Source of the DNA: Bacillota bacterium
GTDB taxonomy: Bacteria; Bacillota; SHA-98; UBA4971
Length of the DNA stretch: 64,000 bases
Reading direction: 5' to 3'
Assembly (NCBI GenBank): GCA_012689375.1
Contig: JAAZLO010000028.1
Coordinates: 25,665-89,664, forward strand
A program made the translations under genes and the position numbers. The notes under the pieces are model-generated. The model was not told the origin of the DNA. It made no database searches and saw nothing but the letters and a program-made list of their open reading frames with translations. Of this stretch, positions 1 to 13,190 are shown piece by piece. Position 1 is the first letter of the stretch; each line of letters opens with the position of its first letter.

Positions 1-24
1 ACCAAGGGATATTTTACTGAACAT

Positions 25-1458
25 TTACTTTGGGTATCCCTGATTTGAAACACACCGGCATAAGGCTTCGCTCACCTTGGCCCTGACTCCGGCTGATATC
101 TTATCCAAGTGTCCCGGCCTTGTGGCCTCAAATCTAAGAACAAGAGCAGGCTGGGTATTTGAAGCCCTCACAAGGCCCCACCCGTGGGGGAATTTAATTC
201 TCGCCCCGTCTATGCGGGAAACATGCAAGTCTTCGGAAAATGCATCTGCCACATATTCAACTACTATCTTCTTCAGTTCTTCAGGACATTCGATTCTGAT
301 TTCAGGGGTATTATATGTTTTAGGTAGGGTGTTTGCAAGCTCTTGGAGAGTAATCTCAGAACGTGATAATAATTCTAAAAGCCTTGCACCTGCGTATATT
401 GCGTCATCATATCCGTAGTACATATCTGCAAAAAAGAGGTGACCGCTCATTTCCCCTGCAAGCACGGCCTTTTCTTCCTTTAACTTTGCCTTTATGAGAG
501 AGTGGCCGACCCTCCACATAATGGATTTACCCCCGAGTCTTTCAATTTCTTCAAATAATGCTTCTGAACATTTCACTTCTCCGATAATTTTTGCTCCGGG
601 CCGTCTTGCAAGAACATCCCGTGCAAAAAAGATAAGCAGTTGATCCCCCCAAAGAATATCACCGCTCCCGGTTACAACCCCCATGCGATCACCGTCTCCG
701 TCAAATGCAATCCCGACCTCGGCACCGATTTCCGATACCTTTGCAATAAGATCCTCAAGGTTTTCAGGGACTGTCGGATCAGGATGGTGATTTGGGAACT
801 CAGGATCAGGCTTAGAATACAACTCTGTAATGTCATGGCCCATACATCTGTAGAGACTAGGTGCGATAATATTGCCTGTGCCGTTACCTGCATCTACCAC
901 TGCCTTTATTCTGCGCACTCCTTGACAGGTACTGAGGCTTTTGCAAATTTCATCAATGTATTCCCTATTCAAAGAAATCTGAGCGCAGTTACCTTTCCTC
1001 CCTGAAACAAAATCTCTATGAATCATAATTTCCCTGATATTCCTAATTGCCCGGCCATAAATAGTAGACTTGCCAAGGCATATTTTAAAACCATTTTCAT
1101 TCGGGGGGTTATGGCTCCCTGTAATCATTACACCCCCGTCTATATCAAGATTAAATAATGAATAATAAAGGACAGGTGTAGGAACAAGTCCGATATCAAA
1201 GACATCAACTCCGCTTTCTGTAAGCCCGCAAATAATTCTCTCACTGAATCTGCCAGAGCTGGCTCTGGCATCCCGTCCTACAGCCGCAGTTTTTATGTTT
1301 TCGTCTTTATAAAGCTTACCTAAAGCCCTTCCCAACAAATACGCAAATTCGTCAGTCAACTCCTCGCCTACAACCCCACGAATATCGTACTCTCTAAAGA
1401 CATGATCAGGAATATTAACAGTATTTTTATCTGTAATAACATCGCTTACATAAACCAT
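25..1458 (-). CDS. Phosphoglucomutase/phosphomannomutase (alpha-D-phosphohexomutase family)
   Basis: 477 aa. The active-site serine loop TGSHNPPNENGFK is present. The N-terminus has typical PMM/PGM organisation. The sequence AGGGGGAAG sits just upstream of the ATG. Confidence 0.8.
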   Translation of the reverse strand: MVYVSDVITDKNTVNIPDHVFREYDIRGVVGEELTDEFAYLLGRALGKLYKDENIKTAAVGRDARASSGRFSERIICGLTESGVDVFDIGLVPTPVLYYSLFNLDIDGGVMITGSHNPPNENGFKICLGKSTIYGRAIRNIREIMIHRDFVSGRKGNCAQISLNREYIDEICKSLSTCQGVRRIKAVVDAGNGTGNIIAPSLYRCMGHDITELYSKPDPEFPNHHPDPTVPENLEDLIAKVSEIGAEVGIAFDGDGDRMGVVTGSGDILWGDQLLIFFARDVLARRPGAKIIGEVKCSEALFEEIERLGGKSIMWRVGHSLIKAKLKEEKAVLAGEMSGHLFFADMYYGYDDAIYAGARLLELLSRSEITLQELANTLPKTYNTPEIRIECPEELKKIVVEYVADAFSEDLHVSRIDGARIKFPHGWGLVRASNTQPALVLRFEATRPGHLDKISAGVRAKVSEALCRCVSNQGYPK

Positions 1459-1661
1459 TGGCTTCCCCCTGGATATAGATGTCAGAAAATAATAGGTTAG
1501 GATTCCTTATACATTTGTCCCTTATTATCCTCCCCAGACCGGCAAAAGAAAATGTCTGCACCCCCGCCTCCGGATGAATCTTAACAATATCTTAACATTT
1601 TCCAGACTGAACCTTAAAAGTTTTAGTCTATAATAGATTTTAAAAGGAGGTGGACGAAGCT

Positions 1662-2153
1662 ATGAAGCCCACATTGAAAAACTATGCTAACAGTATTACA
1701 GTCTCATGCATTATCTTGTTAGTAATAATATCCGCGGCAGGTCTGACTTTTGCAGAAGGGACTCCACAACCAGGACAATCTGTATTGACGGAAATGCCGA
1801 TGGCAGCCAGGATTGCGTCAATTATCAATATGGAAACAGAAGATTTGATTGCTGCTAGGTACGAAGGCAAATCTTTTGTGGAAATCGCTGCGGAAAGAGG
1901 CATCAGTGAGGAACAACTCATTAATTCCCTAAAAGAGGAAACGATCGCACTGATAGAGGAAAACCTCAGGGCCGCGCTTAACTGTAGGGCATCCTGCCCA
2001 TTTGGGGCCAGGTTAAACATTAACCGAAACATCAGCCTCAAAAACATGTCCCGGAATCATGGAGCAGGCCATAGGCGTACAGGCGGCAGACATAGCCCCC
2101 GGGGAACCCATTGCCCTTTTTTTACGGGAATTGAAAAATCCTCAGATAATTAA
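1662..2153 (+). CDS. Hypothetical secreted/membrane-anchored protein upstream of the two-component system
   Basis: The ribosome binding site AAGGAGGTG lies 9 nt before the ATG at 1662. The N-terminal hydrophobic signal or anchor is SITVSCIILLVIISAAGLTFA. The basic, low-complexity C-terminus may be an over-extended frame. The tracker start at 1650 sits inside the ribosome binding site. Confidence 0.4.
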   Translation: MKPTLKNYANSITVSCIILLVIISAAGLTFAEGTPQPGQSVLTEMPMAARIASIINMETEDLIAARYEGKSFVEIAAERGISEEQLINSLKEETIALIEENLRAALNCRASCPFGARLNINRNISLKNMSRNHGAGHRRTGGRHSPRGTHCPFFTGIEKSSDN

Positions 2154-2255
2154 CGTTGATATCCTACACAAGGGAAGGTACATAACCTTCCCTTGCATGT
2201 TTTTTCAGTATAGGTAAAAATAGAAACAACTATCAGAATCAGGGGTGAATCCTTT

Positions 2256-2942
2256 ATGGACGGCATAAAGATTCTCGTGGTCGAAGATGAATCGACCCTT
2301 GGAAATCTTGTCAAGAATTATTTAGAAGCCCAAGGATACAAGGTGTCCTGGGTAAAGGACGGGATTTCTGCAATCCATAGATTTCAGGAAATAAACCCTG
2401 ATCTTATTATTCTTGATCTCATGCTCCCCGGGAGGAGTGGCTTCGAAGTTTGTAAGGGGCTCCGCAAAGACAGCAATGTACCGATAATTATGCTAACGGC
2501 AAAAGCAGATGAAATTGATAGGATCCTCGGATTAGAGCTTGGGGCTGATGATTACGTGACAAAGCCCTTCAGCCTAAGGGAACTAGCTGCACGGGTCGGT
2601 GCGGTGCTCAGACGTGCGGGAAAAGAAACAAAAGATCGAAGAAATGTTTTAAGAATCGGAGATATAATAATAGACGTTGAAGGTCATCAAGTAACAGTTG
2701 AAGGCAAAAAAGTGGCCTTAACACCTACTGAATTTTCCATACTTTTATTCCTTGCAGAAAAACCAGGTAGAGTAGCCGGTCGTCTTCAGCTGGTCGCCGC
2801 GTCTCTTGGGGACGCCTATATAGGATACGAAAGATCTATTGACACCCATATTAGTAATTTGCGCAAAAAGATTGAAAAGGATCCCAAAAACCCCACGCGT
2901 ATTCAAACAGTCTATGGAATCGGGTATAAATTAGTTCCCTGA
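2256..2942 (+). CDS. OmpR-family DNA-binding response regulator
   Basis: Receiver domain (ILVVEDE, the phospho-acceptor Asp region ILDLMLPG, and TAK) followed by a winged-helix C-terminus (TPTEFSIL...VYGIGYKL). The ribosome binding site AGGGGTGA is present. Confidence 0.9.
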   Translation: MDGIKILVVEDESTLGNLVKNYLEAQGYKVSWVKDGISAIHRFQEINPDLIILDLMLPGRSGFEVCKGLRKDSNVPIIMLTAKADEIDRILGLELGADDYVTKPFSLRELAARVGAVLRRAGKETKDRRNVLRIGDIIIDVEGHQVTVEGKKVALTPTEFSILLFLAEKPGRVAGRLQLVAASLGDAYIGYERSIDTHISNLRKKIEKDPKNPTRIQTVYGIGYKLVP

Positions 2943-2996
2943 GAAATCCGCCTGTTATAAAATAAGGCGGACATTTAAAAAGGCGGTACGATAACG

Positions 2997-4391
2997 GTGA
3001 CAATTAAACGAAAACTCCTTATTGCATTTTTATCTATTGCATTACTAACTTCTTTAGTAATGGCTGTCCTCTGGAGCCTTACCACGCGATCACTGTTTGA
3101 TTGGTACGTACGCAGTAATATCGAGGCCAGAACGATGCAATGGCAGGGCTTACTCACTGCATACTACATTGAAAAAGGTTCATGGGATGGTGTCAATGCC
3201 TTAATAAAAGCCTCCCAGCCCACAGGAGGTAGGGGATCCCCCAGGCGTCTTATTATGTCTTCCATAACAGCCGAGCCTGACAGAGTTATACTTGAAGACG
3301 AAACAAACAAAATAATTGCTGACTCTGATGTAATAGGTATCAGGATAGCCCCGACTAATAAGACTAACCTATTTAAACTTCCTATTACAGTTAACGGAAG
3401 GGTTGTAGGTTCTGTTTCAGTAGTATCAGCATTTCAAAGGGGGCTTGCGACTTTAGAAGCAGCATTCCTCAGCCGTATGTCTGCTACATCTATGATAGGG
3501 GGGAGTATCGTTGCCTTGATTGGGATAATACTCGCCTTTGCTTTTTCCCGCCATTTATCCCGACCCCTCTGCGGATTGGCGGCGGCAGCCCGTCAAATAG
3601 CTTTAGGGGACTTTAATGTCAGTCTTCGAGTTTCGACAGGCGATGAAATAGGTGATGTGGCAGATGCCTTTAATTATATGAAAGATAGCCTAAAGGCTAA
3701 TGAAGAAGCCCGACATAAACTTGTGGCTGATGTGGCCCATGAACTACGGACTCCTTTATCAGTACTTCGGGGAAACTTTGAGTCTATACAGGACGGTATT
3801 ACAGAATTATCCCAAGAGATCATTGTTTCCCTTCATGATGAGGTAATCAGATTATCCAGGATTGTCCAGGATCTTCTTAATCTGGGTCAAATGGAATCCG
3901 GGGCATTTCCCCTTAGCTTAGAAACTACCGATCTTAGAGAAGTAATAGAAAAAGCAACTTCCGTCTTTACCTCAGAGACTGAAACAAGGGGAATTAGCCT
4001 AGAAATAAATATACAGGAGGCTTCCCCTAAAATTCAGGCTGATCCGGATCGTATAACCCAAGTCCTTATTAATTTGTTGGCAAATGCTGTACATCATACT
4101 CCCGATAATGGAGAGATTTCTGTTTCTCTGTCCGCTTCAGAGAACAGCGTCAATATATCTATAAAGGATTCAGGCCCTGGGATTCCTAAAAAGGATTTAC
4201 CTTATATTTTTGATCGCTTCTATAGGACTGACAGGGCCCGTCATCGGGCTGCAGGCGGTACAGGGCTTGGTTTGGCTATTGCAAAGGGTATTATAAACGC
4301 GCATAAAGGGTCAATACAGGTTAAAAGCGGGGAAGGGCCCGGCACTGCATTTATAATTAATCTACCAATTTCCCATAATTCAAAAAGTTAA
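2997..4391 (+). CDS. Sensor histidine kinase (TM-HAMP-HisKA-HATPase)
   Basis: Two N-terminal transmembrane segments. H-box is HELRTPLS. N, G1 and G2 boxes are LLANAVHHT, DSGPGIP and GGTGLGLAI. It sits immediately downstream of the response regulator. Confidence 0.85.
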   Translation: MTIKRKLLIAFLSIALLTSLVMAVLWSLTTRSLFDWYVRSNIEARTMQWQGLLTAYYIEKGSWDGVNALIKASQPTGGRGSPRRLIMSSITAEPDRVILEDETNKIIADSDVIGIRIAPTNKTNLFKLPITVNGRVVGSVSVVSAFQRGLATLEAAFLSRMSATSMIGGSIVALIGIILAFAFSRHLSRPLCGLAAAARQIALGDFNVSLRVSTGDEIGDVADAFNYMKDSLKANEEARHKLVADVAHELRTPLSVLRGNFESIQDGITELSQEIIVSLHDEVIRLSRIVQDLLNLGQMESGAFPLSLETTDLREVIEKATSVFTSETETRGISLEINIQEASPKIQADPDRITQVLINLLANAVHHTPDNGEISVSLSASENSVNISIKDSGPGIPKKDLPYIFDRFYRTDRARHRAAGGTGLGLAIAKGIINAHKGSIQVKSGEGPGTAFIINLPISHNSKS

Positions 4392-5327
4392 CATCTCCGC
4401 TATAAACATGCCTGCAATTATCAAGGCAGCCCCTATTATTTGAATCTTTGTTAAGACATCACCTAAAACCCACCAGCCGAAAATACCTGCAAATACCGGT
4501 TCAGTGGAAAATATAATTGCTACATGGGTAGGGCTTGTAAACCTTTGGGCAATATTTTGAACTAATACAGGTAATGCCGTTGCGAGGATTCCCAGAAACC
4601 CGATACCCACCAAATCTGTACTTACAGGCTCCAACAGCAAGGTACGTCCGAATACGAATACCTGCATTGCCGCCATGATAAAGGCAGCAATAGTCACAAT
4701 CCAAAGCTGTGTAACCACTAAAGTTTTTACATCATATAGAGGGGCAAATTTTGCCACGACTACTATATGAAACCCAAAAGCCACAGCACCTGCCAAAGAC
4801 AGTAAATCCCCGGTTTGAAGCAGTGTCGCTTCGGAAAAATTAAGACTCAAAAATGCTAAACCCAAAGCAGCGAACCCTACTCCGATTAAAGAAGGAATAC
4901 CAGGTGCTTTACGTAAAAGAATAGCAGAAAAAACAGGAACCAAAACCACTGACAGCCCTGTGATAAAACCACATTTAGATGCAGTGGTATATTCTAAACC
5001 GATAGTCTGTAGCACGTATCCTGCAAAAAGAATAAGGCCAATTAATACACCGGCCTTTATCGCTGTCCTATCCATCTGTGGAATTCGCCTAGCTAAAATT
5101 AAAGTCATAATAAGGGATGCCACAAGGAATCTCATTCCTATTAATACAATAGGATCAACCCTTGCAAGTATAGTCTTTACAACTACGAATGTGGTACCCC
5201 AGATGACTGTTACAGACAAAAGCAGACCATTGGCGATCCAACGTCGGTAGGCAGCTTGTGATTGGAGCCTTCCTTCACCTGTATGATTATCGGCACTTGC
5301 TGCCACCCTCGCTTTATCCCCTTTCAC
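4380..5327 (-). CDS. DMT-superfamily (EamA-like) transporter
   Basis: About 10 predicted transmembrane helices with duplicated EamA-type halves. The exact start is uncertain, because the N-terminal ~40 aa are hydrophilic. Confidence 0.65.
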   Translation of the reverse strand: MKGDKARVAASADNHTGEGRLQSQAAYRRWIANGLLLSVTVIWGTTFVVVKTILARVDPIVLIGMRFLVASLIMTLILARRIPQMDRTAIKAGVLIGLILFAGYVLQTIGLEYTTASKCGFITGLSVVLVPVFSAILLRKAPGIPSLIGVGFAALGLAFLSLNFSEATLLQTGDLLSLAGAVAFGFHIVVVAKFAPLYDVKTLVVTQLWIVTIAAFIMAAMQVFVFGRTLLLEPVSTDLVGIGFLGILATALPVLVQNIAQRFTSPTHVAIIFSTEPVFAGIFGWWVLGDVLTKIQIIGAALIIAGMFIAEMLTF

Positions 5328-5384
5328 TGATAGGAATTATGCTGCAAATCAGTTAATTATAAATACACAAAGACTACTGTATGG

Positions 5385-6830
5385 TTAGTTCTCACCGGCT
5401 AAACGCTGACGTAATAGTTCATTTACCATTTGGGGATTAGCACGCCCTTTTGTTTCTTTCATAACTTGACCTACAAGAAAACCAATAGCTCTGTCTTTCC
5501 CTGCTTTCACTTGTTCAACAACTTTTTGATTGTCCTGTATTACGAGGTCTACTATTTTAGTCAGCTCATCCTCGTCTGCTATTTGTACAAGCCCTTTTTC
5601 CTTTACTATATCTCCAGGAGATTTTCCCTGGGTAAACATTTCCTCAAATACAGTTTTTGCAATTTTACCGCTGATTGTTCCTTTGTCGATCATTTTTAAC
5701 ATAGCAACAAGATCACAAGGTCTAATTTTTACTGATTCTATTCCTATACCAGTTACATTCATAAGCCTTAGAAGCTCTCCCATAATCCAATTGCTTACAG
5801 TTTTTGCATGGCCGTATTCTTTGGCAGCCTCCTCAAAATAATCAGCCAATTGCTGTGTATCCGTTAAAAGTGATGCGTCATATTCCGGAAGTTCATAATC
5901 ACGTATAAAACGCGCTTTACGTTCTCCGGGAAGTTCAGGGAGATCCGACCTTACTTTTTCAATCCAGGATTCCCCGATAATAAGCCTAGGGAGATCTGGA
6001 TCAGGAAAGAATCTGTAATCTTCTGCAAGCCCTTTCCGCCTCATACCTACGGTAGTTTGGCCTTCCTCATCCCAATGCCTGGTTTCCCTGATTATTTCCT
6101 TATTTTCCGAGGCCAGCTCTGATTGACGCTTAACTTCATATTCAAGGCTTCTTTCAACAGCTCTGAAAGAATTCAGGTTTTTAAGTTCCACCAGGGTTCC
6201 AAAACTATCTGAACCCTTAGGCCGTACAGAAATGTTAACATCGCATCGTAAAGAACCTTCCTCCATTTTACAATCGGACACCCCAAGGTAAAGGAGGGTC
6301 CGCCTGAGCATTGAGAGGTACTCATATGCTTCCTTAGGGGATCTTATATCAGGCTCACTCACAATTTCCAAAAGGGGTACGCCTGCACGGTTATAGTCTT
6401 CCAGTGAAAATACGGCACCTGTGATATCGCCCCCCTCGTGGATAGATTTACCGGCATCCTCTTCCAGATGAACCCGTTTAATACGTATTCTGCGGGTCTC
6501 ATCATCAATTACCACATCAAGATACCCATTAACTCCGACAGGGGAAGCCTGTTGAGTAATTTGGTAATTCTTAGGGAGATCAGGATAAAAATAGTTCTTC
6601 CTGTCAAATCCTGAAATCTCCGCCACTTTACAATTAAAGGCTAAAGCCGTTCTAATTCCGTACTCAAAGGCTTTTTTATTCAGAACAGGCAAAGTCCCAG
6701 GCAGTCCAAGACAAACAGGGCATGTATTAGAATTTGGGGATGCACCGAACCTGGCAGAGCATGAACAAAACAGCTTTGACTCGGTTTTAAGCTGGGCATG
6801 AACTTCAATTCCTATTACCGGCTCAAACAT
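5385..6830 (-). CDS. gatB: Asp-tRNA(Asn)/Glu-tRNA(Gln) amidotransferase subunit B
   Basis: The canonical GatB N-terminus [16 protein letters not shown]...CSCS is present, along with a C-terminal YqeY-like tail. I moved the start to the internal Met, giving an 8-nt overlap with the gatA stop. The tracker ORF carries a non-homologous 40-aa extension. Confidence 0.9.
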   Translation of the reverse strand: MFEPVIGIEVHAQLKTESKLFCSCSARFGASPNSNTCPVCLGLPGTLPVLNKKAFEYGIRTALAFNCKVAEISGFDRKNYFYPDLPKNYQITQQASPVGVNGYLDVVIDDETRRIRIKRVHLEEDAGKSIHEGGDITGAVFSLEDYNRAGVPLLEIVSEPDIRSPKEAYEYLSMLRRTLLYLGVSDCKMEEGSLRCDVNISVRPKGSDSFGTLVELKNLNSFRAVERSLEYEVKRQSELASENKEIIRETRHWDEEGQTTVGMRRKGLAEDYRFFPDPDLPRLIIGESWIEKVRSDLPELPGERKARFIRDYELPEYDASLLTDTQQLADYFEEAAKEYGHAKTVSNWIMGELLRLMNVTGIGIESVKIRPCDLVAMLKMIDKGTISGKIAKTVFEEMFTQGKSPGDIVKEKGLVQIADEDELTKIVDLVIQDNQKVVEQVKAGKDRAIGFLVGQVMKETKGRANPQMVNELLRQRLAGEN

Positions 6831-8331
6831 TTCGATCACCTCTTGTTGACTCTGATCCACAATCGTATTTCTGCAACTGTGGTTTCTTTTTGTGGAAATC
6901 CGTAGCCTGTTCAAAAGTGTATGCAACCTGAAGTAAAGTTGCTTCATCAAATTGCTTAGTTATTATCTGTAAACCAATAGGCATACCCTCTTCATCAAAG
7001 CCGCATGGTATTGATATCCCTGGGAGCCCGGCTAAGTTAGGAGGTACAGTATAGACGTCAGAAAGATACATTTCCAACGGATCCCTGATTTTCTCCCCGA
7101 TTCTAAATGCTACAGTAGGTGAAGAAGGGCAGACAAGACAGGTACACTCCTTGAAAATCTTCTCGAAATCCCTGAAAATTAAGGAGCGGATTTTAAGAGC
7201 GTCATTAAAATATTTCTCGAAATTCCCTTTGGATAATATATGAGTCCCCAGGACTATCCTACGTTTTACCTCGGACCCAAATCCTTTTCCCCTTGATATT
7301 GCTGTCATAGATGCAGAATCTTCACACCCGGCAGCACGATATCCATACCTTATCCCATCCAACCTGGCCAGATTAGAACTGGCTTCCGCAGAGGATATAA
7401 CATAATAAGCAGCAAGGGCATGATCTGAATGGGGTAACGAAACCTCAACAACCTTGGCACCAAGCCCCTCTAATTTATTTAAAGCTTTCATAAACGCATC
7501 TTTCACAGATTTTGAAAGCCCTTTATTGAGAAACTCCTTAGGAACACCGACTATGACCTCATTTATATCGGGGATTAGAAATTGAGTATAGTCAACAGGC
7601 TCTCCTGTATAGGATTGAGCATCTTTCGGATCATGCCTTGCGATTACATTTAGAAGCATTGCACAATCCCTGACATTTTTAGTCATAGGACCAATTTGAT
7701 CCATTGATGAAGCATATCCGATTAGCCCGTATCTTGATACCAAACCATATGTAGGTTTTAAGCCTACAATTCCACAAAAAGCTGCAGGCTGACGAATTGA
7801 TCCCCCGGTATCGGAGCCAAGGGCAAAAACAGCCTCATCGGCTATGACAGCGGCAGCACTGCCCCCGCTGGAACCCCCAGGCACCCTCTGCAGATCCCAT
7901 GGGTTTTTAGTGGGAAACATAGCGGAACTCTCCGTAGACGATCCCATGGCAAGTTCATCTAAATTAGTTTTTCCCACAATTATTGCACCTGCATCTTCCA
8001 GCAGCCTGACAACAGTGGCATCATAAGGAGGTACAAAATCTTCCAGATACACTGATGCACCGGTAGTCTTTATCCCTTTAGTACATATATTGTCTTTTAT
8101 CGCAACAGAAAGCCCTTCCAACGGCCTTGGGGGTTTACCTTCGTTAAGTCTTAAATCGGCTTCCTTCGCTCTTTGCAATGCATGCTCATTTGTAACTGTA
8201 ATATATGCCTGAATATCCCTGTCTACAGCCTTTATTTTATTAAGTATCCCAACAGTCGCCTCTTCTACTGAGACCTCTTTCCTTTTTATCATAGGAAGAA
8301 GTTCGAAGGCTCCCAGTTCACTTAATTTCAA
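6823..8331 (-). CDS. gatA: Glutamyl-tRNA(Gln) amidotransferase subunit A
   Basis: Amidase signature [11 protein letters not shown]. The N-terminus matches GatA (the LSEL..LL.KKEVS pattern). Confidence 0.9.
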   Translation of the reverse strand: MKLSELGAFELLPMIKRKEVSVEEATVGILNKIKAVDRDIQAYITVTNEHALQRAKEADLRLNEGKPPRPLEGLSVAIKDNICTKGIKTTGASVYLEDFVPPYDATVVRLLEDAGAIIVGKTNLDELAMGSSTESSAMFPTKNPWDLQRVPGGSSGGSAAAVIADEAVFALGSDTGGSIRQPAAFCGIVGLKPTYGLVSRYGLIGYASSMDQIGPMTKNVRDCAMLLNVIARHDPKDAQSYTGEPVDYTQFLIPDINEVIVGVPKEFLNKGLSKSVKDAFMKALNKLEGLGAKVVEVSLPHSDHALAAYYVISSAEASSNLARLDGIRYGYRAAGCEDSASMTAISRGKGFGSEVKRRIVLGTHILSKGNFEKYFNDALKIRSLIFRDFEKIFKECTCLVCPSSPTVAFRIGEKIRDPLEMYLSDVYTVPPNLAGLPGISIPCGFDEEGMPIGLQIITKQFDEATLLQVAYTFEQATDFHKKKPQLQKYDCGSESTRGDRNV

Positions 8332-8359
8332 TCATGTCCCCTCCCAGCAACCTATTTCT

Positions 8360-10701
<2,342 letters not shown>

Positions 10702-10721
10702 CTATCAATCAAAAATAATGA

Positions 10722-12914
10722 TTAACCTTCAGAAACCCGCTCCAGCGGAGCAATTGCAGCAAGAAGCCGCTTAACGCCTTGATCGGGAAAAGCCACTGAA
10801 ATAATAAGTTTATCTCCTTCACCTTCTGTTGCAATTACAGTCCCGATACCCCAGTGAGGAGATTTCACCTTATCGCCTGTTTGATAAGATTTATTATCAC
10901 AGTCATATGGTGTGATAACGCCTATTAATGATTCTGTTCCTGTAGGATACGTTTTAGTTATTCTGTATCCTGCATATTTTTTACCGGCAGTAAGAAGATC
11001 CTTCGGCACATCCTTAAAAAACCTTGACGGGCTACACATCATCAGTTCCCCATAGAGCATACGTTGGGAGGCAAATGTGAAGTACAATATTTTTTCAGCC
11101 CTGGTAATTCCTACGTAGCATAATCGCCTTTCTTCTTCAAGCTCGTTATCGTCAATCAATGCGCGGGAATGCGGTAAAAGGCCCTCTTCCATACCTACCA
11201 AAAACACCCTTGGAAATTCCAAACCCTTGGCAGAATGAAGAGTCATCAGGGTGACCCCTTCCTGCCCTTCATCAAAGGTATCAACATCAGCTATAAGCGC
11301 GGCTTCTTCTAAAAACCCGGCAACCCCGCGATTTTCAATATCTCTGATGTCATATTCTTTTGCCACGGAAAGAAGTTCTTTAACATTCTCTACCCTGGAC
11401 ATAGCTTCAACTGTTTTTTCATCTTCCAAAGCTTCGATGTATTTTGAAGCATCCAGCAAGTCGTTGAGAATCTCAGTAAGGGATTTATCATGGATTTTTG
11501 TATTTAGCGCTTTAACGAACTTACTGAATTCAGTAAGAGCTTGTTTTGTCTTATCGGGGACACCCGGAATTCCGGCACCCTCTTCAAAGGCATCAAGCAA
11601 ATGGATATTTTGTTCCTTTGCATAACCCATATACTTAGATAAAGTGGCAGCCCCGACTCCGCGCCTTGGTACATTAACAATACGATTGAGGCTTATCATG
11701 TCGTCGGGGTTAAGAATAAACCTTAAATAAGACAAAATATCTTTGATTTCTTTTCTTTCGTAGAATTTAAGCCCGCCGACAACTTTGTACGGAATCCCAC
11801 AATTCACAAATACTTCTTCAAAGATACGTGATTGAGCGTTTGTACGATATAATACTGCAATATCCCCATAATCACATGGGGAGGAACCTTCCTTCACAGA
11901 TCTTTCGATTTCTTCAGCTACAAATGAGGCTTCATCCCGCTCGTTATAAGCTTCATAATATACCGCCTGGCGCCCTTCCCCGTTTTCCGTCCATAAATCC
12001 TTTTCTTTCCTTGACGGATTCCTAGATATTACGCTGTTAGCGATATCCAGGATTGTTTGGGTGGATCTATAATTTTGTTCAAGTTTAATAATCTTTGCGT
12101 CCGGATAATCCGACTCAAATCCAAGGATATTTCTTATATCCGCGCCTCTCCATTTATAAATGGATTGATCCGGATCCCCGCATACGCAGAGATTCCGGCT
12201 TTCTTCCGCCAGTATATTCACAAGCTCGTACTGGGCCTTGTTAGTATCTTGATATTCATCTACAAGAATATACCTAAATTCCTCTCTATACCGTTGAAGA
12301 ACTGAAGGAAATTCCCGGAACAATCTTACCGTTTCCATTAAAAGATCGTCAAAATCAAGGCCGTTATTTTCTCGGAGGATATCCTGATAAACAGGATAGA
12401 GCCTTGCCACTGTTTTTTCCCAAAACCCACCGGCCTTATTTGCATATTCTCTTGCAGTGATAAGTTCGTTTTTTGCATTACTTATCTCATTCAATACCGC
12501 AACCGGCCGGAAATTTTCTTCGTTTAAATTTAGACTGCACAGGGCTTTCTTAATAGCAGCTCTCTGATCCGAAGAATCAAAAATTGTAAAGTTTCCAGAG
12601 ATACCAAGCTTGCTGATATCGCGTCTCAGCACCCTCGCACAAAATGCATGAAATGTGCTGACCCAAATAGTCTTACTCCACGGACCTACAAGAGTCTCAA
12701 CACGCCCGTACATTTCACGGGCAGCCTTATTTGTAAATGTGACAGCCAGAATATTATCTGGGGGTACACGTTTTTCCCTAATAAGATAAGCAATTCTATG
12801 CGTCAACACCCTAGTTTTTCCGCTCCCTGCCCCTGCAATTATAAGTAGCGGCCCGTCAGTATGACAGATCGCCTTTTTTTGCATAGGGTTGAGCCCACTT
12901 AAAATATCGTCCAT
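10722..12914 (-). CDS. pcrA: ATP-dependent DNA helicase PcrA/UvrD family
   Basis: Walker A motif AGAGSGKTRVLTHRIAYL. Superfamily-1 helicase motifs (DEYQDTN, VGDPDQSIY). 730 aa, immediately upstream of ligA as in Bacillus. Confidence 0.9.
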   Translation of the reverse strand: MDDILSGLNPMQKKAICHTDGPLLIIAGAGSGKTRVLTHRIAYLIREKRVPPDNILAVTFTNKAAREMYGRVETLVGPWSKTIWVSTFHAFCARVLRRDISKLGISGNFTIFDSSDQRAAIKKALCSLNLNEENFRPVAVLNEISNAKNELITAREYANKAGGFWEKTVARLYPVYQDILRENNGLDFDDLLMETVRLFREFPSVLQRYREEFRYILVDEYQDTNKAQYELVNILAEESRNLCVCGDPDQSIYKWRGADIRNILGFESDYPDAKIIKLEQNYRSTQTILDIANSVISRNPSRKEKDLWTENGEGRQAVYYEAYNERDEASFVAEEIERSVKEGSSPCDYGDIAVLYRTNAQSRIFEEVFVNCGIPYKVVGGLKFYERKEIKDILSYLRFILNPDDMISLNRIVNVPRRGVGAATLSKYMGYAKEQNIHLLDAFEEGAGIPGVPDKTKQALTEFSKFVKALNTKIHDKSLTEILNDLLDASKYIEALEDEKTVEAMSRVENVKELLSVAKEYDIRDIENRGVAGFLEEAALIADVDTFDEGQEGVTLMTLHSAKGLEFPRVFLVGMEEGLLPHSRALIDDNELEEERRLCYVGITRAEKILYFTFASQRMLYGELMMCSPSRFFKDVPKDLLTAGKKYAGYRITKTYPTGTESLIGVITPYDCDNKSYQTGDKVKSPHWGIGTVIATEGEGDKLIISVAFPDQGVKRLLAAIAPLERVSEG

Positions 12915-13190
12915 TTTAACCCTCCGGATTCTATTTTAACCGAACCCGTGTTCATAGACAACTCAGCCGGCTCCTTTGTATAATATTATCGAAACCCCGG
13001 ATGCAACAGCATTAATAAGGTTGGCTGGGAAACAACTAAAGAATAGGATTATCGGGTAATAGGGGAATAATGAAAGAAGCAGGGAATTATTGCCCTGCGT
13101 AGAAGTTATTGCTTTGTGCTTTTATTTTTTCCCAAGATCCAAATATTCACCCTACACCGGCTATAGTAAAGATGCGGAAAGGAAGATATC

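Noticed and set aside
77-1005. Numerous antisense or nested ORFs inside long genes throughout the tracker (e.g. 77-418, 640-1005, 11251-11625, 35196-35896, 44020-45173)
   Set aside because: All lie opposite or out of frame within well-supported conserved genes. They show skewed Ser/Pro/Arg-rich composition, lack ribosome binding sites, and have no recognisable homology.
5385-6950. Tracker gatB ORF with a 40-aa N-terminal extension
   Set aside because: The extension ([20 protein letters not shown]...) has no GatB homology and lies entirely within gatA. The conserved GatB N-terminus [11 protein letters not shown] begins at 6830, giving the usual short gatA/gatB overlap.
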